Shown here: in pieces, positions 40,342 through 50,560 of the stretch
Layout: each line of letters starts with the position of its first letter
How positions within the stretch are numbered: position 1 is the first letter of the stretch
Source: a virus
Virus record (IMG/VR): IMGVR_UViG_3300010403_000003
Coordinates: 1-64,000 of that record
DNA length: 64,000 bases
Direction: 5' to 3' (one strand)
Position numbers and translations under genes: made by a program
The notes under the pieces: model-generated
The model's database searches: none
What the model was told of the DNA's origin: nothing
The model's input: only the letters and a program-made list of their open reading frames with translations

Positions 40342-40387
40342 CAACTTTCCCAAAGTCGCTACGAGGGTTCGATTCCCTTCGCCCGCT
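40342..40387 (+). other. tRNA-Gly(CCC) 3' half no.3, candidate attP core
   Basis: caact TTCCCAA agtcg ctac gaggg TTCGATT ccctt cgcccgc t. Confidence 0.85.
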
Positions 40388-40738
40388 TTTTCTCCGCCCG
40401 CTCTTTCTCCAATTGCAGACGCCCAACGATTTCGGCCAGCGTCATAACGGACGCCATCAGGGCTCCAATGATCTCGGCGACTCGTTCGCTGTGCGGGGCC
40501 GCGGCATCGTTTCGCCGAAGACGCCGGATATCTGCGGCGATGTCCCAACAGATTTCGAGGTCCGTCATGTTTCACCGCAAGAAAAATTTTGGATCAAAAA
40601 TCCCGGCGACTCCGACACAACATGAACGGACGAAGCCGCCGGGGCGACGGAATGCGGCGAATAGATAAAACCGCGTTCCATAAGTGCTCGGCGATGACTC
40701 CTCAGCTTTCGCCGGGCGGGAGCGGCAACGAGCCGCAA

Positions 40739-40810
40739 TTACGGGGGCAGGATTCGCACCTGCGACCTCCAGGTTATGAGCCTGGCGAGCTGCTGCTGCT
40801 CTACCCCGTA
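40739..40810 (-). tRNA. tRNA-Met(CAT), initiator-like, non-canonical
   Basis: TACGGGG TA GAGC AGCAGCA GCTC G CCAGG CTCATAA CCTGG AGGTC GCAGG TGCGAAT CCTGC CCCCGTA A. All four stems pair; no CCA. Confidence 0.8.
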
Positions 40811-40934
40811 CCATTCGATCCCCGGAACCACCCGCAGAGAAAAGGCTGCGGGGCCTTTTGTTGACCGTAAAGGCGAACCGCCAGGAGCGAGAACTACTAA
40901 CGATCCGCCCGGCAAAGATGCCCTCACGGAGAGG

Positions 40935-41018
40935 ATGATAAAAAGTTCTCCCGAAGAAAGCAAGTGCAAAGTTTACATTTTTTTTGCACTTGCAAAAAGA
41001 CTTTGGCCTGTATACGCT
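40935..41018. promoter_or_regulatory. divergent promoters with an 11-bp inverted-repeat operator
   Basis: GCAAGTGCAAA(40960-40970)-N12-TTTGCACTTGC(40983-40993); rightward TTGCAA-N17-TACGCT; leftward TTGCTT-N17-TATCAT. Confidence 0.75.
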
Positions 41019-41030
41019 TAGGAGAAGAAA

Positions 41031-41252
41031 ATGAGCGAGAAAATCGGAGAGTATCCGAAAATGAATGTGGTCAATGTAAAGATGTCTCCGGAGCTTAAAT
41101 CGCTCGTAGGCAAAGAAGCCGACAAAGAAAACATCTCCATGTACGAGTGGATCGTGAACGTCGTCGCGGAACGGCTTGGCCGGCCAGAATTGGCAAAGGT
41201 CCAGAAGCGACGCGCGGGGCGTCCACGGCAGGAGTTAGCGGAGGCGGTATGA
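41031..41252 (+). CDS. Arc/HicB-like ribbon-helix-helix regulator
   Basis: VVNVKMSPELKSLVGKEADKENISMYEWIV plus GRPR tail; AGGAG RBS. Confidence 0.75.
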   Translation: MSEKIGEYPKMNVVNVKMSPELKSLVGKEADKENISMYEWIVNVVAERLGRPELAKVQKRRAGRPRQELAEAV

Positions 41253-41963
41253 AATACGGATGGCCACCAAAGACGCTTTTGCCGCCGCAAAGCGAAGAGG
41301 AGCGGCTGATGGGCCGAATCGAGGCCGAAGATCAGCTTGAATGGATCGACGGCAAGCTCAAAGAATTTCGCAAACTCCGGCGACTTTGGAACACGCGGCT
41401 TGGGCTTTGTTTGAAGCGGCGCGATTCCAACGGCCACGCGAAAGAAAAGGTGAGCGCGTGAGTGACGATCCCCGAATCGAAAAGGCCCTCGACTTCGCCG
41501 TTCGTTTCGGCGGCATCGACGGCGACAACCATAAAGCATGGGTCATCGACCAAATGGTTCGCGCGCTGACTGGTTGCCCGATACTCCAACGCCAAGCGAT
41601 TGATTGCAAAGGCCAGCTTTACGAATTCAAGGATCAAGGGGAATCGGACGAGTATTTGAAGATCGTCGCGGACGCGAAAGCCGGCGAAGACGGGCCGGAA
41701 ACTTACGAATGGAAAGTGGGGATTCCGCCGTGACGATTCCTCCTCCCCCGGAATGCTGCTCCCCTTGTCCCGATCGCCTCACCATCCAGGGACCAAACGG
41801 CGAACTCGGCTACCTCGTCCCCGGCGACGGCCCGGCGGGGTGGATTTGGGGGCAAAAGCCGAGCGATGATGCCGCGTGGGCCGTAAACGCTTGTCTGCGG
41901 CAGTTGGGATTTGTGCTTAGAACTGATATAACGGAGTTGATGCTTGAAGAGTCCACGCCTTAA
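41249..41963 (+). other. three small coupled genes
   Basis: 41249-41461, 41458-41733 (IDGDNHKAWVIDQMVRAL), 41730-41963. Confidence 0.55.
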
Positions 41964-42641
41964 AACGCCACCGTGCATTCAGCCCCATCGCTGGTCGTCA
42001 TCCCCGAAAAACATCGTCGAGCCGTTTCATCTGCTCCGGCGTCCATTCGGTTGCGATCGGCTGTTCGGCGGGTTCCGGTTTTGATTCTGGCACTGGCTTG
42101 CGCGAGCGGGTGATTTGTTTGCTCAGAGCGAGCAAGCTGGTCCCAAGCTCGTCGAGTTCGCAGTCGGTCATGGCGAGGCTCCTAAGTGACGGGCCGGGGC
42201 GGCGGAGGGATTTGTTGCTATCATACGCTATAGCTTTAATTTGTCAACGAGAATTGCCCGCCCAAATCGTCCCGCTGAGCGGATTTGAAATCGTCGCGCT
42301 TTGGCCCACCGAACTTCCGCAATAGGGGCATATCCGCGATTTCTCAAACTCCCCGACAACCCGCTCCGCGTCCTCGTAGTCGAGGAATTCTTGCTCCATC
42401 AGCGCGGCTACAAAGTGGTCGTGCAATTCGCGGCGGCGAGTGTCGTCCATGATGCCCCTCGAAGAAAAACACCGGCCGCGGCTCTCTTGTTCCGCGACCG
42501 GCGATCCGCCGCACCACGGCTTGCCCAAACCCTCTTTGCGGACGGAATAAACTTCCAGCGATGCGACCCCTTGCCCGCTCGCCAAAAAAAATAAGTGCCG
42601 TGGGCCAGGCTCTTCCCCTGGTGCGCGATGGGGCCTCACGG

Positions 42642-43232
42642 CTACGGCACGGCGCTTGGTTTAACGTGCCGGTGCGGGCATATGCCGCACAGATGCTTGG
42701 CGTGATTGCAATTAAAGCACAACGTTTGAAATCCGTCTGGAAAACCTTCTCGACGAAGCCAAGAATAAAAGTCTCCAGACGACTCCGATGCTAACGTCTT
42801 TCGGTGCCGATTGCCTCCGCCGTTTATATGGTCTATCGTGAGAAACTCCGAAATCGATTCCCCGCAGCATGCACACGATTGTCCGTATGCTGCCAATACC
42901 TCCATTCGTAATTTTTTTCGATAGCTATTACGTTTTTCCTTGCATTTACGACACACTTGGCTTTCGCAACTTTCTCCGCAATTGGTACACAATCGCCTTT
43001 CGCGCCTATCATGCTTCAATGCCTTCTTCTTCTCTTTCAATGATTTGCTGCATATTGAGCACCTGGAGGCATTATTCGATAGAAGATTATTGCAGACACA
43101 TCGCCCAATAGAAAGAAGTCGATCGCGGCGTTTTTTGGATGCGACCCTCTGCCTATCAAGGCAAGATGGGCACTTTCTTTTACCTAACTGGCAAAATAAT
43201 CCGCAACGGCATTTGTGATCTGCAATCATCAT
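42642..43232 (-). CDS. HNH endonuclease, Cys-rich, lower GC
   Basis: YGQSCACCGE..FLTIDHINGGG..FQTLCFNCN. Confidence 0.9.
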   Translation of the reverse strand: MMIADHKCRCGLFCQLGKRKCPSCLDRQRVASKKRRDRLLSIGRCVCNNLLSNNASRCSICSKSLKEKKKALKHDRRERRLCTNCGESCESQVCRKCKEKRNSYRKKLRMEVLAAYGQSCACCGESISEFLTIDHINGGGNRHRKTLASESSGDFYSWLRREGFPDGFQTLCFNCNHAKHLCGICPHRHVKPSAVP

Positions 43233-43276
43233 GAAAGGAATCTCAAGGGTCTTGCACGGCGCTTGGTTTAACGTGC
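42647..43276. repeat. 23-bp perfect direct repeat flanking the HNH gene
   Basis: GCACGGCGCTTGGTTTAACGTGC at 42647-42669 and 43254-43276. Confidence 0.95.
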
Positions 43277-43308
43277 TAGCTTTCGCCGCCGCATCGCCGG
43301 AATATCGT

Positions 43309-43590
43309 TCACCGCCGAAACAGCCGCACCCGCTGGCGCACTTGCACCGTCTCGGTCGTCGAACTCGTCTGCACCGGCGCAGCTTGTACGACGACGCGCG
43401 GAGCGGCTTGCGTCACGGTTTGCGTGCGAACGGTTATCGACGTGCGCTGGGCGTTTCGTGTCGTCTCACGGACGGTGAGGCCGTTCAAAAGCTGGCAATT
43501 GCCACCGGCGCACTGAGCATCGGCAGCTCCGGCGAACAAGACGAGGGCCGCGAGAGAGGCTAGGTAACGCATGGGGAGAAATCCTTTCAA
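43309..43590 (-). CDS. small secreted protein
   Basis: Signal peptide ending ADA, then QCAGGNC. Confidence 0.65.
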   Translation of the reverse strand: MKGFLPMRYLASLAALVLFAGAADAQCAGGNCQLLNGLTVRETTRNAQRTSITVRTQTVTQAAPRVVVQAAPVQTSSTTETVQVRQRVRLFRR

Positions 43591-43855
43591 GTAAAAGACT
43601 CAAACTGACGAAGTTGGCTCGTATCCACGGCCACAATTTGGCCCTTTTCCATGTACGGCACGTGGCGCACTTCGACGCCGGGAAGGAACTTGGCGATGTC
43701 GGCGTCTTCGATGCCTGGACCGACGTAGACGACGCCTTCGCGCTTTGCGAGTTCGACCGTCTTGCGAATCTGGTCGCGGCGTTTGAACTCGTCGATAACC
43801 TTCATGATGCTTTCGACGGTCGGCATTGGCATGGTCGAAGCGTTGGCGTATGTGT

Positions 43856-44089
43856 TCATTCGGGATCGTAACCTTTCGAGCCTTTGAAGACGGCGTCGGC
43901 GATGGAGTAAAAATGTTCGCCATCGCCTTCATCAACGATCCATTCGCCAGGATGCACTTGCACAATCGTCCCTTGAATTGTTGTCACATACAAAATGCCG
44001 AGTCTATTTTCTTTGACGCCGCGTGGCAGCGGGCTGCCAAGGAGTTGCTCGGCATGTATGCGTTCCGGTTTGCTTTTGAACCACGGCAT
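43856..44089 (-). CDS. PGDYG-like small phage protein
   Basis: FKSKP..IHAEQ..TTIQG..PGEWIV..GEHFYSI..VF. Confidence 0.6.
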   Translation of the reverse strand: MPWFKSKPERIHAEQLLGSPLPRGVKENRLGILYVTTIQGTIVQVHPGEWIVDEGDGEHFYSIADAVFKGSKGYDPE

Positions 44090-44092
44090 CGT

Positions 44093-44587
44093 TTACCTCA
44101 CGAAAAGATGAGAATATCTGCGCCCGTCTCGTCCAATCACCCACGCCGCGCCCGCATAAGTCCATCGCTCGAATTGAGCGCACGCCTGGAATCCCCATGA
44201 CGGCTCAAGAGCGGCGCACCCAGCCGCCGCGGCACTCGTCCCCGCCGGCAGGAATTGGAAGTCCCCGCGTCCGCTCATGACGTGGCCCGCGAGCAACACC
44301 GACGCCCGGTAGCGTGCCGCCGCCAATGCCGCGGCCGTGAGATTCGGATCGCGAGCATAGGGCGGCAAGCCACGCGCGGCGCGAGCCTGGTTGACCTCGT
44401 CGAGCGCATCGGGCGACTCGGAAAAAGAAACGGGCGTAGACGCCGGCGCGACAGCGATTGCTGGCTTACTAGGTGGGACCGTCATTCGCGCCGGTGCCAG
44501 ATTGGCGACTCGCCTACGCCCGGCCGCCGAAACATCTTGTGGGGAAAATGCCAAGGCGGCAAATGAAGCAACCAGAAAGAAACGCAT
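44093..44587 (-). CDS. secreted CAP (SCP) domain protein
   Basis: Signal peptide; LDEVNQARAARGLPP..DPNLTAAA. Confidence 0.75.
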   Translation of the reverse strand: MRFFLVASFAALAFSPQDVSAAGRRRVANLAPARMTVPPSKPAIAVAPASTPVSFSESPDALDEVNQARAARGLPPYARDPNLTAAALAAARYRASVLLAGHVMSGRGDFQFLPAGTSAAAAGCAALEPSWGFQACAQFERWTYAGAAWVIGRDGRRYSHLFVR

Positions 44588-45140
44588 TCGGGGAATCCTC
44601 CGTGTCCAAAAGAAAAAGAAACCTCGTGTCAGCCATATTCACTCTGCCGTTGCGCCGGTCGCCGCTTTCGCAGAATTCTTCGCGCTGGCGGCAAACGGAC
44701 CAAGCCAAAACAATGCTCGCGTTCCTCTTCGGGTTCTTCCTTGCACGATGGCGAATCGTCGTAAACGCACGTCGCGGCCGAAGTCGTTTCGTCGGTCGCG
44801 TTAGTTGTGGCATCGCTCGAATCAACCCAAGCGATCATTTAGCCGCCCCGAAAGGTTAAACGGTCGTCACGGTATGATGTTTCCGCGAAAGCCTGTCCTC
44901 TTCAACCCGCTCGTAAACCTCTGTGACCATCCATTTTCTTGAATCGTCGCGAAACGTCAGGGCGTTGCCCAGAATGGCGAGTTTTTCCGGCAGCCAACTC
45001 ACGGTGACGTGGTTGTCGGCTCTTAGTTCGCATTGACGGATATAGTTCGGCATTGCGCTAATCCATCTTGCTTATCCGATACACCGCCACCGCAATCGCG
45101 AAAAAGACGCCGACGAACAACAGGGCGAGGAGTGCGGCGG

Positions 45141-45317
45141 TCATTGGATGACGAAGCCAAAAGCCTTCCATCCGAGAATGAAAAGCAGCACGAATAGAAG
45201 CAAGTTGCCGCCAATGACCCCGAATCCCTTGGGGCCTGGCTCGTTTGGCCAGTTCCAATAAAGTCCGAAGAGAAACCACAGTATCATCAGCATCCAAAAG
45301 ATCATCCCGGCCGGCAT
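45141..45317 (-). CDS. small two-TM membrane protein
   Basis: IFWMLMILWFLFGLYW..LLLFVLLFILGW. Confidence 0.7.
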   Translation of the reverse strand: MPAGMIFWMLMILWFLFGLYWNWPNEPGPKGFGVIGGNLLLFVLLFILGWKAFGFVIQ

Positions 45318-45331
45318 GACGCACCGCCCTT

Positions 45332-45490
45332 TCAAAAGCGATATCCGAGCAAGAGCAAAATCACAAGAATCAATAAGAGCAGGCCGACACCGCCAGCCGG
45401 TGCCGGTCCCCAATCAGCGCTATGGCCCCATGTGGGCAACGCTCCAATGAGCAGCAAGATCAACAGAATCAAAAGGACCGTGCCGAGCAT
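45332..45490 (-). CDS. DUF3309-like small membrane protein (not in ORF track)
   Basis: MLGTVLLILLILLLIGALPTWGHSADWGPAPAGGVGLLLLILVILLLLGYRF. Confidence 0.8.
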   Translation of the reverse strand: MLGTVLLILLILLLIGALPTWGHSADWGPAPAGGVGLLLLILVILLLLGYRF

Positions 45491-45849
45491 CGTTATTCCT
45501 CAGGCCACTCCCGCATCTGTCCCGGCGGCTGATCTATCTCGCGAAGGCGAATCCAAATCAAGCACGCAGTAGCGCCGACCATACAGCCGAACAAGAACCA
45601 GATTACAAAATCGACGTTCACGTTCATTCTCCAACCGGAGCGTAGTCCGCCAAATCTGTCACCATCGCATTAATGGGGCCGATGGCTTCCTTGCCGCCTT
45701 GACTGCCGTAGACCGTCTCCAAGATTAGATTGCACTCGTCGGCGGCGGTGATCGTGCAGAGGATCACCACCTTGTCGCCGATTTTGAGCGGCCTTCCAAT
45801 TCGATCGCACATGAAAAACACCTCGAAGATTTTGCCGTGCATGGGGAAC

Positions 45850-46200
45850 TCAGATCAAAAGCTTGAGGATGAACGGCAATATTGTCGAGATCAGGTTTTT
45901 CCAGTCGATCCTGCCGGCCTGCATTCCCTTCTTCGGCTCGGCGCTGGCGACGACAGCTTCGAGAGCCGCCACGCACTCTTCCTTGGTGCATGTGGCCGCG
46001 GGGCCAGCCGCCGTTGCAGCATGGAACATTACGTGATCGCTCGGCAGAAATTGCCCCATGGCGTAGGACTCGGCGTTATTCCACGCTAGGCCAACCTCTC
46101 TTGCCGACACTGGCTGGCCGATCTTAACGAGTGACAGCAGGGTCTTGAAGTCCTCCAGCGGGAGGACATCGACGAATTCGGTTCTACGTTCAACGTGCAT
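45850..46200 (-). CDS. protein with C-terminal amphipathic helix
   Basis: IDWKNLISTILPFILKLLI. Confidence 0.65.
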   Translation of the reverse strand: MHVERRTEFVDVLPLEDFKTLLSLVKIGQPVSAREVGLAWNNAESYAMGQFLPSDHVMFHAATAAGPAATCTKEECVAALEAVVASAEPKKGMQAGRIDWKNLISTILPFILKLLI

Positions 46201-46475
46201 GACTGTCTCCTTAGAAACGTTCTACCAGAAGAAATTAATAACCTGACTGCCGCAATGGTTGACCTTAGCGAACCAGAAATCGATCACGAGCGGGAGCCAG
46301 TAGTTTTGCGTGAGAAACCCGAAAGCTTGGTCAGGGCGAATAACGTACCACCTGCCGAAAACTTCGATGGCAACGATCTCCCAAAAAAAGAGCCTATACA
46401 AGTGGTGGAGCATCCATCTCATCTCCTTCGGAATAAGCCGATCAAAATGCCGAACTGGCATTAACGTCTTTGGGT

Positions 46476-46850
46476 TCAGCCACTCGGCGGACAACCCTGA
46501 TAGGCCAAGGCAGAGCGTTGCAACGTCGCCAAAGGAGCGGCCGGCCTGGGTGCGGCACTTTGGACTGGAATCGTTCGCAGAATCGTCGTCGGCCGGTTCG
46601 ATTGGACGTATTGAGCGGCCCCGCAATGCGGGCAATTATGCCCCGGCTGCATGGCGTGGCTCCAAACGTATGGTTCGCCATAGGTTCGGCGAAACGAGCA
46701 ATTGGGGTTCGGGCATACGTGCGTATGGCCAGTGAAATAGCCGTGATCGAGGACTGTGCGCGTCGCGATCGGAACGGTCGCTTTGACAGCCGGCGGCGAT
46801 GGTTCGCCACCAAACACGAAAGCCAGGATCAAAGCGGTTTCGACATTCAT
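46476..46850 (-). CDS. putative exported zinc-binding protein
   Basis: Hydrophobic N-terminus, HTHVC..C..HNCPHC. Confidence 0.55.
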   Translation of the reverse strand: MNVETALILAFVFGGEPSPPAVKATVPIATRTVLDHGYFTGHTHVCPNPNCSFRRTYGEPYVWSHAMQPGHNCPHCGAAQYVQSNRPTTILRTIPVQSAAPRPAAPLATLQRSALAYQGCPPSG

Positions 46851-46857
46851 GCCTGCC

Positions 46858-47823
46858 TCAGTACACGTAGTCGAGCAACTTGTCTTGCTGGGCGGGAAAC
46901 CAATTCAGATGCGAATAGAGAAAACCTTCGTTGCGTCCGCCAAGCTGATTTATCATTCGCGTCACTTCCGATTCCGGTATCCACACGCTGCACGGGGACG
47001 CTTCGCCGTTCGGGTCCGGTGGATAAACGCTGGCAGGCCAGTTGTTTTGGTAAAGATAAAGCGTCCCGTCGTTGGGATGCTCCCAGACGCCGAGAATGGA
47101 TGTCGCATGGCCGCCGCGAGAATCGAACCGGCCGGCGACATAGGCGTCTTTTCCACTCCCCTTAATTGACCCGTGGCCAACGAAGAGATCGCACCCGTAA
47201 TGGTACGGATAGCCGTTGACGATCCCTTGATAGATCGTTTCGGCATCATTGGCGGGAGCGACGGTCCCAATGGGATGCTCTTTGGCAACGCCGACGTATT
47301 GCTCGCTCGTCCTGCCATCCGAGAATGACATTTCTGTGGCCGAAGACACTACGAGGCCGTCTTGATTCTGGAAGTCGGGCATTGCCGACCCTTGGTCAAT
47401 AAGAACCCCCTCCGTGGCGGCTTGGCGTCCCTGTGCGGACACAATCGAGCCTTCCCCGCGTCCGCGGAAGCCGGCCAGCAATCGCCCTCTGCCGTAATTG
47501 AATAGCCAATACGGCAAGAATACTTTCGTCGCCCCTTCGGTGAGTTTTCGCTGAATACAGACGAGCGTAAAACACGAATTGCCGAAGGATGCGCCGACGC
47601 AACTCCCGGTGAGTTGATGGAACCGAGCGAACGTAAAGCCAAGTTCTTGGACAATGAGCGGGTCGCGCCACAGCGCGGAAAGAATCAGCTTTTCGCCTTT
47701 GCCGAGCCTCTTGAACGGCTCCGACATCGCGAATTGCGGCATTTGAGCGAGAGCCGCCTCATGGGCCAATTCTTGCTCTTTGGTTCGATCAGCGGGACTC
47801 ACCCACCCAGTTGGATAATTCAT
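46858..47823 (-). CDS. papain-like (C1) cysteine peptidase, candidate lysin
   Basis: HQLTGSCVG (Cys), GGHATSILG (His), YQNNW (Asn). Confidence 0.85.
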   Translation of the reverse strand: MNYPTGWVSPADRTKEQELAHEAALAQMPQFAMSEPFKRLGKGEKLILSALWRDPLIVQELGFTFARFHQLTGSCVGASFGNSCFTLVCIQRKLTEGATKVFLPYWLFNYGRGRLLAGFRGRGEGSIVSAQGRQAATEGVLIDQGSAMPDFQNQDGLVVSSATEMSFSDGRTSEQYVGVAKEHPIGTVAPANDAETIYQGIVNGYPYHYGCDLFVGHGSIKGSGKDAYVAGRFDSRGGHATSILGVWEHPNDGTLYLYQNNWPASVYPPDPNGEASPCSVWIPESEVTRMINQLGGRNEGFLYSHLNWFPAQQDKLLDYVY

Positions 47824-48551
47824 TTAAGCCCCCTTAACGCCAGTGCGACGTAACCGTGCTCTGACGCGACTTTGGCGAAGTAAGCGTCATTCGCGGGCGT
47901 ATTGGCTTCACGTGGCAAAACAGTCTGTAGGTAATTGCCGACCGATTTGCGGATGCCGGGAATAGCCGCGGCCCCGATGGCCAAATCCGTCGCCTGTTTC
48001 GTGAGCGTGACAAAATCCCCGGCCGTCTTGACTCGTCCGCCCGCCTTGGCGGCGGCGACTGAGCCTTCAAGGATGTCGGCGAATTTGAGGACATTTGTCG
48101 CTTTCGCTTGGTCGGCCTCAACATCGTAGGCGACTTGCAAAACTTTTTGCAACGGCGACGGCGTCGGTGGAGGAGGCGGCGGCGGACTGACGCCCCCAAC
48201 CAGTAGCGTGAACGTGTCAAAATCTTCCGTGATATCCAGCGTCTTTTTGTCGAGAACCGCCCAATCCGCCGAGATTTTCAACTCACCTTTCGGGGCGGCC
48301 GTGATCTCGATCAGCCGGCCCTTGCGCGTCCATGTTACGCCTGCCGGCACGGTCCACGAGGGCCGGATTGCCCCGACTGGCGCTTCGAGCGTAAAGGGGA
48401 ATTCCTTGAGCGAAAGGCGGTCATCCCAGACGCGGACGATCCGTTCGACTTTGATAATCTCCGTCTTACCCTTGAATTCGAGCTTACTGGCCTCTTGCCC
48501 CCACGCCGGCGCGGCGAGCACGATCAACAGAAGGATTGCGAATCGTTTCAT
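47820..48551 (-). CDS. secreted protein with poly-Pro linker (lysis module)
   Basis: Signal peptide, beta domain, SPPPPPPPTPSP, helical C-terminus. Confidence 0.7.
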   Translation of the reverse strand: MKRFAILLLIVLAAPAWGQEASKLEFKGKTEIIKVERIVRVWDDRLSLKEFPFTLEAPVGAIRPSWTVPAGVTWTRKGRLIEITAAPKGELKISADWAVLDKKTLDITEDFDTFTLLVGGVSPPPPPPPTPSPLQKVLQVAYDVEADQAKATNVLKFADILEGSVAAAKAGGRVKTAGDFVTLTKQATDLAIGAAAIPGIRKSVGNYLQTVLPREANTPANDAYFAKVASEHGYVALALRGLK

Positions 48552-48951
48552 TTTCTACACCTTGACCGATGGCGGAATCCGCACATGGAGAATCAAGTCA
48601 TCATGCGGCGCGATGGCGTTTATCTCGACGCTTTGCAACAGCCACGGGGCTGGTTCGCTTGCGGAGATGAGGCGAAAAGCGGCGAATCCCCACCACGCCA
48701 GCGCGGCCACGGACGGGACGGCTAGGGCGATAATGACGACGATTGCGATGGCGTCGAAATCGGTCATCGTTAGTTCCATTGCTCCTCGTCGCCGTTGTAT
48801 CCGACTACGATAACTTCGCTGAACCGTGCCGAAGCCTCCAATATCCTCTTAATCTCCTCGGCGGCGGCTACCGAAGTCAGGCCGCTAGCCTCTGTTCTCC
48901 AGTCTGGGGCGTGTTCGTCATCAGACTTGTTGGCTTCCACTCGGTATGGCA

Positions 48952-50551
48952 TTATCTCGATTCCCCCCGCACCTGCGTCCGCTCCCCGTTGTTCGCCCGG
49001 ACCAATTCGAGGATCGTCCCCACCTTGGAATCGACTTCCCCTAACTTCGTTTCGACGTTGGCAATGCGATGCCCGTGCTCCTCGACCGTTTTCCCGATCT
49101 GATCGCTGACGCCCATCGCGTAGCCGGATTTCGACGCTTCTTGAAGCCGCTGCGTCAAGTAGCCGTTGACAAACTCCTTGAGCTGGCGAACATCAACCGA
49201 GAGGTTTTCGATGGCGGTCGTCGTCGTCCCTGCCGTAATTTTCGCATCCATCGCGGTTTCTTTGGCGTCCTTCGCGGCTACCTTGGCGATGCTTGCCGCG
49301 GCCTGGGCCGTGCTCGCTTGGTTCCTGGTCGCTGAATCGACTTTGTCGGCGGTCTCCTTAATCTTGTCGGCCGTCTCAGTAACGACTTTTACCGAGGTCA
49401 CGGCGGCGATTCGGCTCGCTTCTGTTTTTTCGGTGTTGTCGGCGATGCTCCACATTTGTCGTTTATGCAAGAGCCACGCTGCGAAAATGATCGGGGCGGC
49501 AGTCCAAAAGCCCTGCCAGAATGAATCGGACATTGTCTCAATCTCCGTCAGGTCCGGTTTTCCTCTGAATCTGGTAATCTTTACGGTTAAAAACTCAATG
49601 TCTTACAACGATTGCGACCACAATGGCGGTCAGGGCGACTAGAAAAGCCAATCCAGAGAAAGCGATCGAGACACCGGCCGGGTTCCGCCCCTCAAGACGG
49701 GTCAGTCGCTCTTTTATGTCTCCGATCTGCTCTCCGACATTACTGATCCCCTGCCGAAGCAAATCCGCAATCTGTTGAATCTGCTTCGTGGTCGTGGCCT
49801 CGCTCTTGTCGGTCGCGGCCCCGAACGCTTCCTGTTGTTTGCCGACCGCTTTTTCCGCCGCTTGCAAGGCCGCGTCCACGGCAACTTTCGTATCCTTTGC
49901 ATTCTGTTCGCTTCTCGTATCGCGCTCCTTGAACTGCGTTTGAATGCTGGCGAACTTCTCCTCGTGGACTTCGCGGAGCGCTTTTATTTTCTCGTCCGTG
50001 CTGATAACCATGTGCTCGGCGGCGATCCTGACGAGGCCGATCGCGATGTCCATTCCGTTGAAGCGCGTTTCAAGGTTCTTTATCCCCAGATGGATAACGT
50101 CCTTGAGCGCCTCATTCTTCGCATCAAAAAACTCGCGGACGCCAGCGATTTCGCGCTGGGTCATCTGGGTTGTCAAGACGGTCGGATCGACCATATTCGA
50201 CATCGTCGGCGTCAATCCGGGTGGCGTTGCTACTTTCTGGTCAGGCACGGCTCGCCCTCAATGAAACGGCGTCGGCGGGCTTTGCTTTTCTTCGACCGCC
50301 GCCCGCCGCCCGGCCGCGAACGCCGCGAGACGATCGGCTTCCTTCAAAATCGCTTCCATCTCGTCCGGGCTTTTCTCGATCACAGCGCCCAAAACTTGCT
50401 TGACCGCGCCCAGTTCGCCCTTGTTGGCGTCGGCCTGCACTTTGGCCTTGGCCGCATAGAAGATCGCATAGCCCCCGAATATCGCGCCGATGATGCCAGC
50501 GATCGCACCGCCTATTGCCGTTACGAGGACTGCCACGTCTTTCAGGTCCAC
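48952..50551 (-). other. three single-TM coiled-coil proteins (holin/spanin-like)
   Basis: 48952-49533 (N-terminal TM), 49595-50248 (C-terminal TM), 50258-50551 (N-terminal TM). Confidence 0.6.
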
Positions 50552-50560
50552 GGACGGCCC

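Noticed and set aside
31881-40652. Shared 12-mer GGGGCGACGGAA as an antisense target pair
   Set aside because: Same orientation and chance-level length
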